Of a stretch of DNA of 12,315 nucleotides, positions 8,070 to 12,315 are shown in pieces. Position 1 is the stretch's first letter. The number at the start of each line of letters is the position of its first letter. The stretch is from the NCBI GenBank assembly GCA_034722435.1, contig JAYENX010000033.1:1-12315 (forward strand), given 5' to 3'. The notes beneath the pieces were generated by a model. It had not been told where the DNA came from. It did no database searches and saw only the letters and a program-made list of their open reading frames with translations. Source of the DNA: Nanobdellota archaeon (lineage in GTDB: Archaea > Nanobdellota > Nanobdellia > Woesearchaeales > JAHWHD01). The position numbers and the translations under genes were made by a program.

Positions 8070-8120
8070 TGTGTTTAACCCGTGTATGCTAACTGGTAAA
8101 TTTATTGAACAAAGTAATTA

Positions 8121-8142
8121 AGAAAAAAGTAATAAAAAAAAA
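8121..8142 (-). terminator. Oligo-T archaeal terminator after the 420-aa gene
   Basis: Minus strand reads TAA followed immediately by T9, ATTAC and T6. Confidence 0.6.
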
Positions 8143-9405
8143 TTAATAATATGTTTGGTCAGCTACTTCAGGTTCTTCTAGGTCTTCTCCGCCTTTTCTA
8201 CTGAAAGCGATTACTAAACCAACGATAACCAAAACAATCACTAAAACGATTAAGCCAATCTCAAGAGCTGTTTTTGCACTGTTCCATGAACTTTTAGCAG
8301 CTTCTAGTACATTTGCTTTTAGTGTAACTGATTTAGCATCTTCACCTGATTTGATCTCAAGACCAAATACTTGTTCACCAACAGCTGCAGTCTCTTTAGC
8401 TGATACATAAACGTATACAACTTCTGAGTCTTCACCATTTACAACTACAACATTAGATGGACTTACTCTTATGTCTGCCCATGCAGCGTCAGTTGTTAAT
8501 GTGAATGTCTTAGCATCTGTACTTGGGTTACTGATTGTAACCGGATAGATTGCTCCTGACTGGCCTTTTGTTACGTCTTGCTTATCAACAGCAACAGTGA
8601 TAACTGTAGGCTCTTCTTTCACATCTTTAGTGGTTCCTGCTTTAGGTGCTTCTAGAGATACAACATTGATGGTGTATTCTTTTGTAACTTTTTCGTATTC
8701 ATCATACTCAACTGTTACAACTGCTTTGTATTCACCAGCTTCTGTATTTCTTGGAATTCTTAAGTATAATTCTTCACTAGTTTCAGTTTCTCCTTCTTCA
8801 ATTTCGTCTAAAGGTTCAGACTCTGAAAGTCCTAGTTCTGGAATTGCTACTCTAATTGTAAGGTCTTCTTCGTCTTTCTCACCAAGGTTACTGATTTTAA
8901 CTTTTGATATTAAAGTTGAACCAGCTTTAACTTCGTATTCTGGACTGAAGTAAACTCTTTTAATCTTTAACAAGTGTCTTGTTCCTTTAACATGAATTCT
9001 GTAAAGTGATTCGTCGGAAAATCCGGTTCTTGAACCAACTCTAACTCTTACGTCAAAGTAGTCTTTGTCCATTTCTTCAGGTACTTTAAGTTTAAGTGTT
9101 TTGAACTCAGTGTCTCCTGCATCCATGTCAAAGTTGTGTGTTGTGTCTGTTAGGTCTTCATAATCATTATATTCATAACCTAGTATCTCAGCAGAGATCT
9201 GAACATCTTCTTCACTCTGGCCAGCATAAACCTCTAATTCTATTTCTAGGTTGTCTGCTCTTTCGATAACAGTATTTTCTCTATAATCATTACCGTTAAT
9301 CTCTACATCTTGAATTGTTGGTAACGCAGTAGCGGTTGTTGCGATCGCAATCATAGCTATTAAAAAAACTGTTAATACCCCCAAAATTTTGAACTTACTA
9401 TCCAT
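8143..9405 (-). CDS. Acidic membrane-anchored Ig-like (CARDB-like) surface protein, candidate major S-layer-type protein, 420 aa
   Basis: Signal peptide, three beta-rich domains, C-terminal TM helix and an acidic tail ending QTYY. Start reassigned from 9426 to ATG 9405 because GGAGGG (9414-9419) precedes it. It has its own promoter and terminator. The S-layer role is inference. Confidence 0.85.
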   Translation of the reverse strand: MDSKFKILGVLTVFLIAMIAIATTATALPTIQDVEINGNDYRENTVIERADNLEIELEVYAGQSEEDVQISAEILGYEYNDYEDLTDTTHNFDMDAGDTEFKTLKLKVPEEMDKDYFDVRVRVGSRTGFSDESLYRIHVKGTRHLLKIKRVYFSPEYEVKAGSTLISKVKISNLGEKDEEDLTIRVAIPELGLSESEPLDEIEEGETETSEELYLRIPRNTEAGEYKAVVTVEYDEYEKVTKEYTINVVSLEAPKAGTTKDVKEEPTVITVAVDKQDVTKGQSGAIYPVTISNPSTDAKTFTLTTDAAWADIRVSPSNVVVVNGEDSEVVYVYVSAKETAAVGEQVFGLEIKSGEDAKSVTLKANVLEAAKSSWNSAKTALEIGLIVLVIVLVIVGLVIAFSRKGGEDLEEPEVADQTYY

Positions 9406-9413
9406 TTTTAATT

Positions 9414-9419
9414 CCCTCC
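9414..9419 (-). promoter_or_regulatory. Shine-Dalgarno site of the 420-aa gene
   Basis: GGAGGG, 8 nt upstream of ATG 9405. Confidence 0.75.
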
Positions 9420-9463
9420 GAATCATTATTTAATTATTATTGTTCTCTGGTAAACCTTATTCT

Positions 9464-9479
9464 TATTTAAAGGTTTCGC
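9464..9479 (-). promoter_or_regulatory. Canonical BRE/TATA promoter of the 420-aa gene
   Basis: Minus strand reads GCGAAA-CC-TTTAAATA. Confidence 0.75.
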
Positions 9480-9520
9480 TTTTTTTAGTCTTCTTCAGTA
9501 GTTACTCCTTTTAACTATTC

Positions 9521-11569
9521 CTAAATGATTTCTAGTGTTCTGTACTTAATCCTAAAGGAATTGTGTCCGCCGTCTCTGATGATGAATCTCACACCGTATT
9601 CTCCTTGTTCTGCGTAATCAGGTATCTCTAAAATCATTGTTCTTCCTTCGTGGTCGTTGTGGTCTAAGTCAAACGGTCCTATGCTTCTTCTTATGTTAAG
9701 CTCAGGAATTATTGCTGTGATTTTGACATTTTCAAGGTCATTACCTTTGTTTTCGATCTGGACATTTAATCTGATGTCTTCTCCTGGGTAATAGTTATCT
9801 CCGTTTAGTAAGCCTAAGTTAGAGATGTATAGGCCGTTGCCAAAATCTTCACTGGTTTCTTCTTCGTCATCTTTTTCTTCATCTAAAACTGTAACAGTCA
9901 TAGAGTCTGAGTCTGAAGCTCCGTTTGAGTCTGTAGCTGTAAATGTTACTGTCTCTTCTCCGTGCCAATCTGTGTTTGGTGTGAATGTAATTTGATTAAG
10001 ATCGTTGATGTAAACTCCTACATTAGTATTGCCTGAAAATGTCCAGGTAATTTCGTCATTGTCAGAGTCTGTTACGTAGTTGTCTAAATCAATATTTTTT
10101 TCGATTGAATTTCTGTGCATAGTTATATCAGGAATGTCTGAAACAACTGGTGCTTGGTTTTCGCCTTCTTCAATAACAAATACTGAGAATTCTGCGCTTC
10201 CTGCAGTTTCGCCATCGCTAGCATAAACTGTTACTTGGTTTTCGCCAAATCCTGTTGATGCTGTGCAACTGATATATCTGTTACTTTCAATAAAACAATC
10301 GATTAAATCTGAATTGTCTTGATAAATGTAAAAATCTAATTCTTCGTCTGGTGTGTTGTCGTTTGTATACTCCCAAAGATCAACTTTCCATTCTGGAGCA
10401 ATACCTTGTTCTGCGTATTGGTCAGGAATTGAGTTCATAATAGGGCTAGGATTTCTATCTTCGCTTCCAACAAATCTTGTGATGGTTTTTTCGTTAGGTG
10501 CGTTAATCTTTCCTAAGCACATATCGCTCTCTGCAACTCCGTATACTGTTATTTCGTAGTCTCCTTCTATTTCAGGTGTCCATGAGAACGTAAATTCTTC
10601 TGTGTCTACACCGTTACTATTTGCAGGAACTATTTGCCAATCGTTGTATACTTCGTTATTAGATGTGTCGTAGATTTCAAGATATAGTTCTGTTGGAACT
10701 GGTCTTGGTTCTGCGTTTAAGTCTAAATAGTTACTTGTCTTTGTACCTTTTATGATCACTTCGTTGTTTGCTGCAGGATCAAGAGGTTCAGTTGTCAAAG
10801 TAAGGATGTTAGTGAAGCATGAATCTGCAAGTTCGTCTTCTCTGAAAACTGTTAGTTCTTCAATATCTAGTGAAGGTTTCCAGCTTGAACATTGAGTTTC
10901 GTCTTCTAAAGATGTTGTTGCTATAATTTGATATTCTCCGTCTTCTTCAGGGACCCAAGGGAATTCAAAAGTTTGTTGTTCGCCTGGCCATAAGTCGAAT
11001 TCTTCTGAAGCTTCAAATTCAACAATTCCGTCTTTGATAGCTTTGATATTTAGTTTTGTTTGAGCTGTAAAGTGGTCTTTGAAAGCTTCATCTTTAGGTA
11101 TAAAAGGTTCGTCTTCAGTAACGTCAACAACCCATGGTGAATATAGATTTCCGTCAATATTTGCAGTGATCCAAACTGTAAGAGGATGTTCTGCGTTTCT
11201 AACATTGTATGTGCTTACTTCTAAAGGTGCTTGACAGTTGCTAATTTTTTCAAAGTTAATATTTTCAGTATCTGCAACTCCGTTTCCTTCGTACCATGAT
11301 TCAACAAATTGTGGTACGTATCCTTCTTTTAAGAAGTATAAAATGTAACTTTCAATTCCTGCTGGTAAATCTGTTTCGTATAATACAGGGTATGAAGCTT
11401 CGCTAGTAGTCATATCTCCGTTTAATACAATATTTCCGTCAGTGTAAACGTCGTACCAAAGTAGTGTAGTTTCTCCTGCCGGATTGAAATTAAATGTTTG
11501 TGTAACTGTAGCTGCAACACTGCCTATACAGATTGCCAGTACGATTAGTAATGATAGTAGTTTTTTCAT
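9521..11569 (-). CDS. Secreted acidic multi-Ig-domain protein (cadherin/tandem-95-like repeats plus C-terminal CARDB-like domain), 682 aa
   Basis: Signal peptide (MKKLLSLLIVLAICIGSVAA). Two repeats with F.W.P...G.Y.I. Two cadherin-like repeats (NPSP..SIPD; NQAP..DIPD...FTPNTDWHGEETVTFTATD). Acidic linker, terminal CARDB-like domain, no C-terminal TM helix. Confidence 0.88.
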   Translation of the reverse strand: MKKLLSLLIVLAICIGSVAATVTQTFNFNPAGETTLLWYDVYTDGNIVLNGDMTTSEASYPVLYETDLPAGIESYILYFLKEGYVPQFVESWYEGNGVADTENINFEKISNCQAPLEVSTYNVRNAEHPLTVWITANIDGNLYSPWVVDVTEDEPFIPKDEAFKDHFTAQTKLNIKAIKDGIVEFEASEEFDLWPGEQQTFEFPWVPEEDGEYQIIATTSLEDETQCSSWKPSLDIEELTVFREDELADSCFTNILTLTTEPLDPAANNEVIIKGTKTSNYLDLNAEPRPVPTELYLEIYDTSNNEVYNDWQIVPANSNGVDTEEFTFSWTPEIEGDYEITVYGVAESDMCLGKINAPNEKTITRFVGSEDRNPSPIMNSIPDQYAEQGIAPEWKVDLWEYTNDNTPDEELDFYIYQDNSDLIDCFIESNRYISCTASTGFGENQVTVYASDGETAGSAEFSVFVIEEGENQAPVVSDIPDITMHRNSIEKNIDLDNYVTDSDNDEITWTFSGNTNVGVYINDLNQITFTPNTDWHGEETVTFTATDSNGASDSDSMTVTVLDEEKDDEEETSEDFGNGLYISNLGLLNGDNYYPGEDIRLNVQIENKGNDLENVKITAIIPELNIRRSIGPFDLDHNDHEGRTMILEIPDYAEQGEYGVRFIIRDGGHNSFRIKYRTLEII

Positions 11570-11577
11570 TTTTAGTT

Positions 11578-11582
11578 ACCTC
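11578..11582 (-). promoter_or_regulatory. Shine-Dalgarno site of the 682-aa gene
   Basis: GAGGT directly after the upstream stop codon, 8 nt before ATG 11569. Confidence 0.65.
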
Positions 11583-12315
11583 TTATCTCCTACGGAACGG
11601 TGTGGTTGGAGTTGTGTGTCCGCCTTCTACTCCTCTTGTTGGTACAGGGTCGTCACTTTTGTGTTTTCCTCTCATACGTAGTAAGTCTGCAATGTTTGCT
11701 GCTGCTGTTCCTGGTCTGCCTTCTTTTATTGCTTTACCGGTTTCTACTATTGCTGTTCCAGCTCTGCCTGCATTGTACCATCTGATTACTTTGTTTCCGA
11801 TTTCGCCTTTGATAGGTCTGAAACCAAGAGTGTACATGTCTGCTGCTGCTTTAAGTATTCTTAGCGGTTTACCTGATTTTAGGTCTGACCATGTAGCTTT
11901 AGCTATTTTAACAGGATTGAATCTTTGGTCAAGCCATCTTAAAGATGATTCTTTACCATATCTACCGTGAGATCTGTTTATTTTAGCTCTTGTATCGTTC
12001 ATTGCTTTTAGGAAGTTTATTTTTTCTTGTGTCCATGAATCACTTTTAATTTCAACTTTTCTTAATGTTTCAAGGCCGTCTCTCATTCTTTTGTATTCGT
12101 TAAAGTTTATGCCGTTAGTTAGTAATCTTTTTACTTGTCTGTTAACGTTTCTTCTATTTTTTCTTCCTACAACTTCATCGAGAGTAAATAGTTCTGTATT
12201 TTCTGTATCGGTCCATGCTTTGTGAAGTTTTTTAACTCTAGTTCTTCCTTTTCTCATGTCTGCACGTGCAGCGACTGCAAGTACTTGGTGTAGTGAATTG
12301 AATTTAGGATTGTAT
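11583..12315 (-). CDS. Highly basic hypothetical protein, 5'-partial (at least 243 aa)
   Basis: The frame stays open past the track's ATG 12257 to the window edge (YNPKFNSLHQVLAVAARAD-MRKGR...). It stops 13 nt before the next gene, with an SD in the gap. No recognisable family. Confidence 0.75.
   Translation of the reverse strand, partial: YNPKFNSLHQVLAVAARADMRKGRTRVKKLHKAWTDTENTELFTLDEVVGRKNRRNVNRQVKRLLTNGINFNEYKRMRDGLETLRKVEIKSDSWTQEKINFLKAMNDTRAKINRSHGRYGKESSLRWLDQRFNPVKIAKATWSDLKSGKPLRILKAAADMYTLGFRPIKGEIGNKVIRWYNAGRAGTAIVETGKAIKEGRPGTAAANIADLLRMRGKHKSDDPVPTRGVEGGHTTPTTPFRRR

Noticed and set aside
2007-8953. Plus-strand ORFs in the track (2007, 3511, 4129, 4502, 5063, 5426, 5891, 7090, 7915, 8597) and minus-strand 3605..3787
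   Set aside because: All overlap longer, motif-supported genes and have no recognisable motifs or initiation signals; shadow ORFs.
9406-9426. Track start at 9426 (MIRRELK extension)
   Set aside because: The extension encodes the SD itself (GGAGGG). ATG 9405 has correct SD spacing and gives a normal signal peptide.
10353-11970. Plus-strand ORFs 10353, 11484, 11533 (145 aa) and 11600
   Set aside because: Antisense to coupled minus-strand genes. Their hydrophobic look is the mirror of A-rich, Lys/Arg-rich codons.
12261-12270. Perfect palindrome TGCACGTGCA
   Set aside because: Several 10-bp palindromes are expected by chance in 12 kb, and this one lies within a coding frame.
1-12315. CRISPR arrays, tRNA or rRNA genes
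   Set aside because: No regularly spaced direct repeats and no cloverleaf or rRNA-like segments seen; intergenic gaps are short and AT-rich.

Overview
Archaeal cell-envelope and N-glycosylation locus. The gene set, BRE/TATA promoters and GGAGG/GAGGTGA ribosome-binding sites indicate an archaeon; assignment to DPANN (Woesearchaeota-like) is an inference from recalled protein styles. Left to right: the 5' end of a frameshifted IS5-like transposase running off the left edge (not in the supplied ORF track), a Wzx-like flippase (+), then a minus-strand run. That run contains the oligosaccharyltransferase AglB/STT3, a small Cys-containing membrane protein translationally coupled to it, a geranylgeranyl-reductase-family flavoprotein, three signal-peptide Ig-like surface proteins (568, 420 and 682 aa) and a very basic orphan protein open at the right edge. 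Most notable: two surface proteins have no usable N-glycosylation sequon among 68 Asn while the third has seven; the anchorless 682-aa protein ends in a domain resembling one in the membrane-anchored 420-aa protein; and the gene next to aglB is a candidate OST partner. All counts are manual and no database searches were run.
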